Assembly (NCBI GenBank): GCA_002633005.1
Contig: NMRA01000323.1
Span: 392,817 to 456,816, forward strand
Direction of reading: 5' to 3'
Length of the DNA: 64,000 bases
From: Phoronis australis
Lineage: Eukaryota; Animalia; Phoronida
Shown: positions 1-12,500 of the stretch, one piece after another
Numbering within the stretch: the stretch's first letter is position 1
Layout of the letters: each line of letters starts with the position of its first letter
Notes under the pieces: generated by a model
Told to the model about the DNA's origin: nothing
What the model saw: only the letters and a program-made list of their open reading frames with translations
Database searches by the model: none
Made by a program: the position numbers and the translations under genes

Positions 1-1800
1 TTATTCATGGTTGACGTGCAGTAATTAGTTGAAAAGTAATAAAATTGGACAAATGCACGCAAAATTAAAGTAACCTGTTTAACACGCACATCCCGGGTTT
101 AACACCAGCACGTAGACCAGTACAAGGATTAACCGTCTGCCAATAAACGAAGGCGCGTGTCTTGAAACACTAGGGTTAAAGAAGCATAGGCACGTGTCTG
201 ATTAAACACAAGGGTAAAATTATCTAGTACTGAAAAAATGCGCAAATTATTGTGACCAGCGTGTGATCTAGCTTGTATGACTCTGAGAGCCCTCACGAAG
301 TTCTCTCACAAAAATGAATCCACTGCACAGGACTGTCCACTTAACAAAAATCGGCAACTCTTGTTGTCACACATATATTTTCTCTCAATACTCTCGCATG
401 CACATTACAATACGAACAAGCGCACTGACGAAGCATCGAAGTGAAACTCTATTTCCAATAAGCATGAACTCTAATATTAACAAAAATTCCCATCAACTTG
501 AGGGTAGACGTTTTAGTCATGCCGATTAACCAATCTATTTACATATAACTAGTCGCTTGTGATGACCGATGGCGTACGATGGGTGCTAGAAAAGAGGAAA
601 GCCACATGGTGACATACCGGTAAATAGAGAGGATAGAACTACATTTTAAGACATCGTGAAACGTCGCAAGTACTACCACGGAATACCACAGTAGGATCAA
701 GATGAATTTTCCTGACAAACCCGATGTTTCCTAATGAGGAAGTTTAAATTTTCGAGGAAAATAGAGATGCCAGTGAAACTTACCCATGCAATAATGGATA
801 TTCGTAAAGAGTGCTTCCAGTATATACCAGACTATGGTTACATTTTATCTGGTGTTAAGCAGTAACCTAAGCATATACTGAGCATAGGCTGTCTAGGATG
901 TCGAGAAGGGGGTAATAATTTCCAACGGACAAATATGCCCCTTGATCTATTTATAAATAATACTGAATACTGGTTCATGACAACATGACTACCCAATTCA
1001 TGTAGTGAACATTTTCCCACTGAAATGAGGCAGGAAGGGGGCAATAATTATAAATCAAAGAAACCCAGGCGTCTCAGCCACTGTACAATATTAGAACAAG
1101 GTCTACATGACCGTTATCACAATCCAATAAAAATCCTATAAACCCACTAACTGTAAAATTATGAACGACAGTTAATACCAAGACTGATACAAACCCTAAG
1201 GCCAACAGGTGAAGTGTCATCAACTGAGTCGGTCACCACGCAACACACCCGCACTATATTTCGTTGTTTGAGCAGAGACTGTGAAAGGCAGCTGCGATTT
1301 AGCCAAACACTGTCAGTGGTGAATAATTAACCAAGAACAATGAAGCCTAGTTCTGCCCTCTAGTGGCACCTTCCAACAATGACTGATTTGTGCAACCAGC
1401 CACGTTCAACAGGATGGCAAGGTGTGTTATTCTCACTTTCTACACAAACTTGGTAGGAGGCATAGCTGAACTTTTTGTTTTACAGCTTAACATACACTTG
1501 CTCCCAGTATCTACACAATCTGTTATCTTATGGCGTGCAGTTATGATGCAACACAAGAAGACAGACAAACAAGTCAAAATTGTTGCTATAAGTAAGTTGT
1601 TTGTCGGTTATGCCCCTTGGTGTTTTGCTTCATAACTGCACGCCTGAAGATAGGAGATTGTATAGAGATTAGGAGCTGTCCAATAAAAAGTACAGTCGTG
1701 CCTTCAACCAAGTTAGTGTCGCTGAAGGGCTGCTACCGAACTGTACTATCTACGCTGAATAAATCCATGTGTTGGTTGCCATGCATTGTTCATCACAAGC

Positions 1801-3512
1801 TCAGCGGTAGTTGGTGTTGTAGCCATTCCACCTAGCACCAGGCATATAGGTCACAGCTGATGTAGTTGGCATGGTAACAGGGATCTGCTGCTGATTGGTG
1901 GACACGATCAGTGCTTGCTGTGGGCTCATTGGCTGCGCACTGGTGATGGTGGGCGACTCCCTTGCTTGCTGTTGTTGATGGTGCTGGGGTGGTGGCTGGG
2001 GGTAGTGCGCCTGTACTATTCCCTGGCCAAGGTGACTCAGTTCGATGGTGGAGTGAGTAGGCTGCGGTGGCGCCACCTGTTGAAGCATGGCTGGCTGGCC
2101 AGCATGTGCCACATTGATGACACGCATGCCGTGGTACTCCACCTGGCGATAGTCCTGCAGTGTCTGTGTCAGCTCGGACATGGCCTGCGTGAGCAGGTCT
2201 GCGCCAGGCATCTGCTCTTGATGCACCACCTGGTGAACGGTGATCTCCTGCACCGGTGCCTGCTCCTGTATCACGTGTTGTTGCTGTTGCTGCTGCTGAG
2301 GTTGATGTGAGTGCGCCACCTGTAGGCCGGCAAGATCCACCTTGTGTCGTTGATGCGGAGGTGGTGCTACGTCGGGATGTTTCTTGCGCTGGTGCTGCAA
2401 CAGTTTGGCTTTGCTGGCATACTGCTTGTGGCAGTATACACAGGGGTGGGGGATGGTGGTCACGCTGCCAACCGTCTGCGAGAATGTGGGGTTGGGCAGC
2501 TGGCTCACGTCCATCTCTACCTTACCGCGGGCACTGGCAGGCAACTCAGCCCCAGGGTGGTTCTTCAGAATGTGTGCCTTGCGTTTGGAGCTGGACTTGT
2601 ACACCTTATCGCAGTACTGGCAATAGTAATCCTTCTGTGTCCTCAATATCGGCAGGTTCAGCTCTGGCACTGCGTCCGGCTTCGTATCCGGATGGCGCTT
2701 CGCCAGATGGTTGACGAGCATCCCGCGGCGCTTAAAGCCCAGCATGCAGGCATGGCACTTGTAGATGAACCTGTGGAAGTCCATAGGTGACACCTTGGGT
2801 ATGAACTTCTTGGTGGCAGGGCGCGGCGGCCGTGTGGCCAAGGCCATCATCTTCTCTTCAGTGTGCATACGACTCATGTGCTCCTTCAGCTTGTCTTTGC
2901 GCTTGAACTGTCGCCCGCACGTCTCGCACATGAATTCCCGGTGGTTGGAGTGACGCAGCATATGCAGCTTCAGCTTGTCGGGTCGCGGGAACACCTTGTC
3001 ACACTCGGAGCATGGATAGCGTTTTTCCGAGTGGAACGCCCGAATATGCTTCTTGGTAGACAAGTAATCGTCGAACGTCTTCTCGCAGCTCGTACAACTG
3101 TATTGTCCGTTCACTTCGTGACTAACCACATGTCGCTTCAGCATGTAGGCTTGGCTGAAGTCCTCCTTACAAAGCATACACTGGTAGTACTTGAACTCGC
3201 TGTGCACCTTCATGTGGCATGACAACGCCGAATTGTTCATGAACCTCTTGTGGCAAACGCTGCACTGTTTGGGCTTCGACTCCTCAGAGCCGTGACAGAG
3301 CATGTGTTTTTGCAGACGATCAGCGGCATCGAATGACTTCCAGCACTTGGTGCACTTGTGCGCCTTTTGGGACGCGCGCGTTGAGCGCATGCGAGCGTGC
3401 TCGCTGGCGTGCTCGATCAAGTCCTTCTTAGTCGGGAAATGTCGCGCGCAGACAGGACACTGCAGCTGTATATCCAAGCCAACCACATTGGCCAACACTG
3501 ATTCAGAGGAAC
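1801..3512 (-). CDS. PRDM10: PRDM10 terminal exon: C2H2 zinc-finger array plus Q-rich C-terminus
   Basis: Acceptor ttttttgtccag|G at 3513-3514; ORF 1801..3564 continues to TGA at 1801-1803; about 10 CxxC..HxxxH units. Confidence 0.95.
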
Positions 3513-6500
3513 CTGGACAAAAAAGTGCATATTTAGTGAAACAAAGGGCTGTGACAGAAGTCAATCTTTCAACAGAAAACTTAACTCAAAAATATTTTTG
3601 ACATTTTCACTCGACTTGAATGAATACAAACTCAAAATAATAATCTATATTCTTTGCTCGAGTATGTTATGGTTTGCGTGGATGGTTGACTTTAATGTGC
3701 AATTCTGTTTTGTACTCGATGACCCCCACCATCAAAGCTGAAAGTTTGGAATGTTGAGCTCATACTTGAGATCTCAAGTTTCAATGGTCATCAAGTGCGC
3801 ATTTGAACTGGACATTCATCTGTGTAACCCATTATATACTCAAGTGCAGAATAACAGACAATTATCACAGTAAGCATCAGGGCTGAGTTGCAAAAAAGCT
3901 TCAAAAGTCATCCGCTGGATAAGTTTGATTGTTGCATGACGTCAGGTGCATTGTTCAACAATAATGACGAGATGCGTTATAATGCGACGTCATTGTTGCT
4001 ATACGGCGTATATCTTTTATGCAACTAGGCCCAGGTGGATTTAACAGTGCAGTACGAATGGTCAACTTTGGCATTATTGAAGTTTTCAGTAGTGGCCACT
4101 GCAGCCGCGAGCACTTCGATGACAACAGTCACCTACTGTTTACTTCGATGTCCATTGACTACTGCAGCCAGTATGAATGGTTCGACTAACTTCGCAGTTT
4201 CCATCAACGCTCCTCTCATACCGGAGTTATGTACAAAAGGGTTTAATACAAGCTGCTGGTTTGCGACAACAATGCACGTCGTCTTTTTAAATAATACAAC
4301 TTAATCAGTGAGACTACTTATACATAAAATCTCATTTTGGCCACAAACGTCAAAAACCATTAGGCATGACCATAAAGCCTTAGCTAAGCTGTGTTTACTT
4401 TAACAAGGGTCAGCAAGACAGACAGTGATCTCCGTAATCCCCGACAATAAACATTCAGTCTAATTTAAAAAGAAAAATTGTCTTTGATCAGAGCCGATGA
4501 ATTTTCAACTGTACACAAAATTGAAAGACATCTTTTCCCCGCACTAACTCTCCTCTAGCCCAAACGTGATCTTGCTCCAAAAATTCTTGAAATTTCAATT
4601 CCAGAGGTTTTGTCAAGAAAGCATGGTGATGCCCCACACCTACCTGGATTTTCATCTTCCGTTTGCAGGGTTTGACCCAATTTGTCCATTTCGTCGCGAC
4701 CAACATCCTCTGCGGCATGTGTCAGCGTGTGCAAGTTCAACAGACTGGGGTCATCAAAGGTCAGGTCGCAGTGCACACACATCCACTCACTGCTCGTCTG
4801 TCCAGCGTTCACGTCTGCCTCCCGCTTCTTGTATAACGAGCGGAATGGTTGTTTGGTCGGGTATCGCTTTATCCTGGAACAGGAGAGACACAAACCCTTG
4901 GAATATGCCCACACAACTGCATCCTGAGCAGTATGCTACTAGGAATGTTTATTAGTATCAAAAATTGTTCCTAGAAGGCGCAGAAAATTCTGAATCCATC
5001 TGAAAATGGTAATGTGCCACCGCCTCCTCAATAGTAACCTATTTGGAAACTTTTCTGAAAATCCATCAAGGACCTCCGGAGATACAGAGGCAAACAAAAA
5101 AAATAAAATTGTCACTATGGGGATGCCCAGACAGTGATGATGACAGTAAACCTCCACATGTACAAAAAACATTTCTGAAGAATCGATTTGTTTTTAATTT
5201 CTCACTTTTTCGAAAAAGAAAATTTACACGAGATGTGCAAAAATGGTGCAGGATTTGTTGTCTTTTGCTCATTGCTCGACTTTTCAAACTTTGCTTACCC
5301 CTGCTATTTGTGCAGAGTTTCAAAAAACACAAAACCTCATCTAAAATTGATGCGGGCAGACGTTATTTAGTGCGAGGAGCGTAAGTCTGAATATGAGTCA
5401 GAACCAGAACCAATTTCTCCTTTTTGGCCTAAAAATCACTTTCTGTCATGGCATAGAAAGCTTTAAGACATAATTTGTGTGACTAAGTAGCCTGGCGTCA
5501 GCAAGTTTCAGGCAAGGAGCAACAAGTTAATTAGTTAAAACTTAGTTTTATAAGCAATGAATCTCAGTCTTTCAGTTTACTTGTGAAAACCCAACAATCA
5601 CACCCACACAGAACGTTCTCTTTGTTATGTCGGCCACAAGCGAAGTACGATCACTCGTTTTGCGACTTCACATGAATGGGAACTCTTTACACGCCCATAC
5701 CTTGAGCTCAGATATAAACTTGTCTTTTTCTTTTTCCAAGATTGGAAGTTTTCAGCTCGGTCCTGCAAAGAAATCGAACTGCATAATTCATTTCAACTGA
5801 TCTCTCCAGCAGAAGCACATGTGCTCACCAGTAACGAGCCTAAAATTTTATGGTCTTCAATTTCCATTTTGATCCCGGCATCCGTGTTTTAAAAAACCCC
5901 GAATCATCGAGTGTTCCGTAATTTATATAAAGCTGCATGCAGTACACTGTACTAATTGGTGCAGATGTTCCTCACCCAAACAGAGTATTTTTGTCTTTTA
6001 TTCACCTTTTAGCACTCCTCAGTTAGTCTTGAATTGCAAACTGTCAACGGTTACTATAACGACTTACTCAACAGTCAGTCGCATGCTTTGAAGCATGGTC
6101 CTCAGTCTTGCTCAACTGTTCTCCATATACATGTAGGTGCAAGCATTGGAATTTGGATATATGCAGTACTACACGAACAGCATGCATCAAAAGTAGTCAC
6201 AAAATATTTGGTAAGAGCATCATGATGGCTACATCAATTCACAGCAACAGAACGGTGTGTCAATGATTCATCCTTTTGCCTGGATAGCTTTCTGGTAAAT
6301 TCCCTATCATTCCCAGCAAGGAAGACGGTTACTAGGAGACTGAAGTTCATTTACTCTCAGTCATTCACATGAAATGAATATTACCCGGGTCATATTGTCC
6401 CATTATTCTAATAGTAAGTACTTTACTGTTAGCAAATTTATAAAACCGTAACACTAAAAACAACACACCAATATCTGTGAATTAACATTTAAATAACAGT

Positions 6501-9500
6501 GAACCAGCATAAGCTGAATCCAATCTAAGAGGCTTCCTTCAAGGAAACGTCCAATTTATTTAGAGTCGAGTGCAAAAACTCTCCACAGAGAGCCTCGACC
6601 TAGCTTAGCAAAGACCCCAGTGATGCATGCAAATTTAATTCAATTTAGAGCACTGTCGCCATTTTGGCAGCAATACTTATACAACTGTGTTATAACTTCA
6701 ATTCCTAACCTTTCCCTTCTTGCCTGCCCGACCCCTCGCACGGCCAAACCGAGTCAGTCTCCTGCGTCCCGCGCGTCTCTCGCCCTCCTCCGGGAAATAG
6801 TCTGGCTCGTACACGCCGCTCTCCCCGCCAGGCTCGCTGGGACCGGGCGTGGGCTCGTCGTGCACTGACAAGTGCGCCTGCAGCTGGGCAGAGGTCATGA
6901 ATTGTTTGCTGCACTCGTAACAGGACCACTTGGCCTCCTGCTCAATAATGGCTGCAAAATGAAGGCAAAAATATGGAGCATGATGAGGTGAACATAGTCT
7001 TACTCAGTTGTAAATATGGAGCATCACGAGATAAACAGAGTCTTACTTGATTGGAAAGAATCAACATTTACTTGACAAGATCTTATCACGAAACTGGCAA
7101 AATCATGATCCTCTTTTTTCTAGATTCATAGAGTAGCCCATGAGGCAACGTTAATATTATTCTGGTCTTGGATATGCTCTTACCAAATGAGTAAACATTT
7201 ATTTAACAGCAGTCCAGTTGCGAATTAAAAAAATTGAAAACAAATGGAATAATTTAATGTTTCTTGTCCGACCATAGATTCTGAAGTTATACAGCTTGTT
7301 GCTGTAAGATTACTGTGTCTAAACAATTTTCTAAATAACTTTATTATAGTTACTGGCAATGTCCTCATCTTTGACTGTGAAGGCTTCTGCACCAATGTGA
7401 TTGGCGTAGTGGGCTGAGTAACCGACCTGCAACACAGAGATATCACATGACAACACATCCGCTAAAAAGGGACATCACATGATAACACACCCGTCATCAA
7501 GGGACATCACATGATAACACGTCTACCATCAAGGGACATCACATGGTAACACGTCTACCATCAAGGGACATCACATGATAACAAGCCTACCATCAAGGGA
7601 CATCACATGATAACACGTCTACCATCAAGGGACAACACATGATAACACGTCTACCATCAAGGGACATCACATGGTAACACGTCTACCATCAAGGGACATC
7701 ACATGGTAACACGTCTACCATCAAGGGACATCACATGGTAACACATCTGCCATCAAGGACATCACATGGTAACACATCTGACATCAAGGGCCATCACATG
7801 AGAACACATCCGCATTAAAGGGATATCATATCAGAACATCCACAGCACATCATAGATATCAGATGACAAAACTTTATTTCCATGTCAGTCAGACATTTTA
7901 CTTTAAACATAATAGCATCCCCTCTGAGTATGCTGCGACCATCAACTGAAAACCCGTTTCATGCCGCAATGTACTAACTACTGAAGCTTTAAGTTAAAGG
8001 CAAAACGTGTGAAAATTAACTGTCAGAGGCGAAGTCACGGTTTCAACTCACCCTCAGTTCCTGTTTGGCATCGATCTCACGCGTGGTCACAAAAAAGATA
8101 TCTGTTCCCTGCTGGAACGCCACTAAGTTCTGGTCAGCATAGGAAGAGGCAGGCCGGACAAACATCATCCAATTACACGCATTCTCGTCAGACGCTTCGA
8201 TGTAGTGGACACCGTCTTCTCGGTCAACCTGACAAAGCAAAATACTAACACAGACTTGGCACAATGAAATCCTCTATTTCAATGGAAAATGGACAGAATT
8301 CAAGGAATCGGAGTTACCACTAAGGAGAACTCAACAGTTTTGACAATATCAAAGGCAGTCACAAGAAATCAATAGGCTTCCATGAAGTATTACAGTAACC
8401 ACAGTTTGCTGGAGATTCTGACTTGTTATTTCAGTTACTCTGTGGATGAAGCCAAGAAGCTGACTGCCCTCTGTGGGCAACTGGCTAACTAGACAGTTGT
8501 CAGTGTACCTGAAGGATGAAGTCTCTCTTGGTCAACTGGTCCTTCGATTCTACCAATTCTGCCACATAGGGACCAAATTGAGTCAGTTCATGGATGGTCT
8601 TCTTGGCGAAAACTCCCAGATCTGAAGTCAACACAGTGTTGCTATTAAACAATGCTTTAAGAGCCTTGGCTAGTAACCCTAGTCATTAAGCGAGTAACAC
8701 AAAATTATGTAGTTTTTTCAACATTAATTTCAAATTTGATCAATTATTATTGCAAATAGTCATTTTTCACATCAAATAATCAAAATTTTAATAAACAGAA
8801 TGTTTTATGATAGCTTTGCCTGGCAAACAGGGCAAAATTAATACAGCTGTCCTCAATGTCGAATTCAGATTTTAATTCTGTTCCACATCCTAGCCGAGTC
8901 CTCTATTGGCTCTTACCAAATTTTAAGTTACAATTCACAGGATTTTTTAAACAAAAAATAATCAAAGTTGTCTGAATTCGTCTGACTTCATCAGTTACAC
9001 AGCTGGAAACCAAGTGAAAATATTACAGCACATCATTTAAAAATCAGATGTCAGCTTTTTGCAGAAAATGTCTACCAAGAAGAGATCTTGTCAATTTTTT
9101 ATTGAAAATTGTTAGACAAAGTATTGTAATTGCAAAACTTTCATCATTTTCACTTATAATTTTAAACATCCATGTTCTGTTTTTTGGTCTTGATGTCCGA
9201 CCTTGAATTTTTGTGTTCCTCAATTAATATGCTCCAGGAGACTATACCACAGATCTCACCTGATCCCTCAGTTACTCTGAAGACAGTCAACTGGGCAGGC
9301 AGACTGGACCAGGCCCTGGACAGGACCACCTTGTCCGATATGTAGGTCACTGGATGTTCGGGGCACTCACTGGGGTAGACCTTCTGACATGGGTTACACC
9401 CTGCAAACGTGGAATATTGTAAGACATAAAGATCAAATCCCACCACCTTGAAAACATGACATGTTGTTCTGATGAACTTCCGCAATAATTTTCAAATTAA

Positions 9501-12500
9501 AAAACAAAAAAACGAACAATCGCTTTGGTGGCCGCCATTTTGTTAGGATAGGCTATTAAGCTTCGGAGTATACTCTTGAAACACTCGTCTGTCACTCGCG
9601 TGATTTTGTGTGGTCTTGCTTTTCTTGCAACAAACTTGGTATACAGAATACTGCCCAGGTGAACCTGAGGCAAGGGGCCAGACAATCTCAACAGGACGGT
9701 TTTTCAGTGTTGTTACTGTCTTCTGTAGCAGTCACTGTAAAGTGTGATTGAGTAGGCGCTTGAAAAAGGACAGGCGACTGAAATATCCAGTTTTTAAAGT
9801 TGCGTCTCCACACTTTAATACAGTCTCCATAGAAGCTGTGCATGTACCAGGGTTTGCATTTATTGCTTTCTATATGATCCACAAAATTTGATGGGGTATG
9901 ATTTCTCAAAATCTGAGTAAGAATAAGTCGGAGACCGGTTTTGTGAAGTGGACCAAATCAAAAGTGGCCGTTTTCTGACTGATGGAGTTGGCTTATTGCA
10001 TGCTAAACAAAGAACGCAGTCATTTAACTTAACACACACAAACAAGTCAAACTGATCTAAAATGAAAGACCAAGTCTGATCCAATGCTCTGGTAAAGATG
10101 ATCCGAGTCCACAACAAGATGAGCCTATCTGTTCTGATTAAGACGTTGACAGTCTTATTAACCTTGTGAAAGAAAGTCGTAGATTTACAACTAAAATTTA
10201 GTTATGTCACTCACAGGCTAGCTATAAAATCATTAAAATAATCTGTCTTCCTACAGTCTGCACCTAAGGTGATAATACTTACACATCATTGATGGGTTGT
10301 AAGGTGTCGGCACATACTTGGCTCTGGCGACAGTTTCGGCGCCATCTACAGTCAGCGACGACATGCGAGTAGATCTCCGCTTTGACTGAAAAGCATTCCA
10401 TTCGAGTCATGTAGTCACAAGTACATGCCAACAATCTACAGCACTCCCTACTCTCTCAATCTCTTTTTAAAGTATGACAACACATGGTAGAAAAAGTACA
10501 GTTTTGTCGCAAATCATTAAAAAATGAGACAAATTTACACTTCATAACTTCGTCATTTTTCACATATTTGATTAACTGACTGCATTTTTTGTTTGATAGT
10601 TTCACAGATACTTGCTCATATTCTCTTTACAGCTTCCGGACATCAGGTGTACAACTGTTATGATTCACAATAAAGATGAATGAGAAAAAAATAAACTAAG
10701 TTCATAGCAGCTTTGTTTTGAGAGCACGTCTCAACATTGCGCACATAGTAAAATGAAAATGCTAGAAACAAAATAAGCAGGAGAATAGCCATACCAGTGT
10801 TTTCAATCAAGTTTGTGTTCAAGAGGGTTTGCCACCAAACTATATTGACTTTTCTTTATGAGCACATTCGCCACTAAATTTCCTTGAAAAGGGCCTTAGG
10901 ATACCACAAATCACATCATTCAGTAATGCCAGACTTTGTCTTCCTAAAATGAAACAATCATTACATAAAACGATCTAATACATACCCGGCTTCTAGCCAG
11001 AGAAGAGCCATTATCAGCAAACAGGGGCAAGGTTAAACTTGACTGCGAGTCGTCATCTCTGGAGTCTTGAACGCCTGAAATTGCAAAGACTAAAATACGT
11101 GAAAACCCACAACAAGAGGCAAAAAGTGCAGAGCTTGACATAAGTGAGCAAATGCTAAAAAACGAGTGGAAAAAAAGGTAAAAAAAGTGTGCAAAATCGA
11201 GCCCACTCATATCACTTGTACTGACGTTGAGCAGACGTTGAGCTGCTTTCTTCTTGTTGTTATTTTTCTTTTCTTTGGTCGCCATTTTGTATGAGCCCAA
11301 ATCCGCGAATACGAGTGGCCCATATGCCATCAGTAATATTTTGAGTGGGCATTTTTTGCCTGTGTCGAGCGTCTGTGAAAAAAAACTGCTTCCAATTAAC
11401 CAAAGGTCAAATGCCATGAGCACAGAACGTTTCTATAGAATTCTAGAAAATATCCCATCTTAATTAAAATTGGTCTTGATCTTCAGGACCGGCATGAGGT
11501 GCTGAATCGGCTGCCAATGAAAATTATGGGCATACCTTAAATCAAATGTGCGTTTAGCACAAAGCTTTAGAAATTGCGGAATTACTAGCGAGGATAAAAG
11601 CGAAGTATGGCTCCGAATACTGGACACTCACCATTTTCCAAGCTATCGTCCACTGTTCCACTGGTGGATGGCTCCTGAGGCTCAATCAATGCCATGCCAG
11701 ATGACACATTCACCAGTTGGCTGGCACTAGTATTACCACCAACACTACCTCCACTGGTATCCATGGCAACACCAATCTGTTGACTGCTGGAGATGCCAGC
11801 ATCTACCTCCATTGCCAGCTGCAGAGGGTTCAGCCCTGATGTTGACGGCAGAGGCACGGATGTCGATGCTATATTGACGGCAGCCAAATTAGACGGAGGC
11901 ATGACCCGCGGAGCAGGCATGGGTTCGGGAACTAAGACTGTTGAGCTTGGCCCCGAGTCAACACCCGAGTCGGACGTCTCCAGCGATAGGTCAGGATCAC
12001 TGCTCACTACAAGGCAGAGGTTCATATTACATCACAGAGACTGTAGCAACAAACTTGATTCCAAGCACTGAGGTACTTTCATCACCAGTGGCTCTTTGGT
12101 ATCCACTGCCCTGCACTGTTCCAGTCATATGGGATATGTGTGTGATTATCTTTTCACACCACAGGGGCAATGTGAAACCAAAACACCGATTCACAATAAT
12201 TCAAATTTGCTACGAACCTGCATTCCATCAATGAAACTAACTTTTCATTACGACCATTTACTCAATCTTAATACAACCGAAGAGTGGTTTCTGGGTTCAG
12301 AAAAGAAATGGAAGATTATTATTGCTATAGACCATGACCCGGATTGACAAGAGGCTGGTCTCAAGCAATGAAAAGTTGTCAGAACTTTACAAGCCAAGAA
12401 ATCACATCTGATTTGACTAAGAAACCATTCGAGACCAATGTCCCATCGGTAAGTGGTCTAAATCAAAAGTTGGTTTTCGTGCTGGAAGTCAGATTCTGTA

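Noticed and set aside
1915-3601. Several long plus-strand ORFs overlapping the PRDM10 last exon
   Set aside because: Antisense shadows of a GC-rich coding exon; no recognisable domains.
7437-7835. 32-bp repeats resembling a CRISPR array in unit length
   Set aside because: Head-to-tail units with no unique spacers, inside a eukaryotic intron; a minisatellite.
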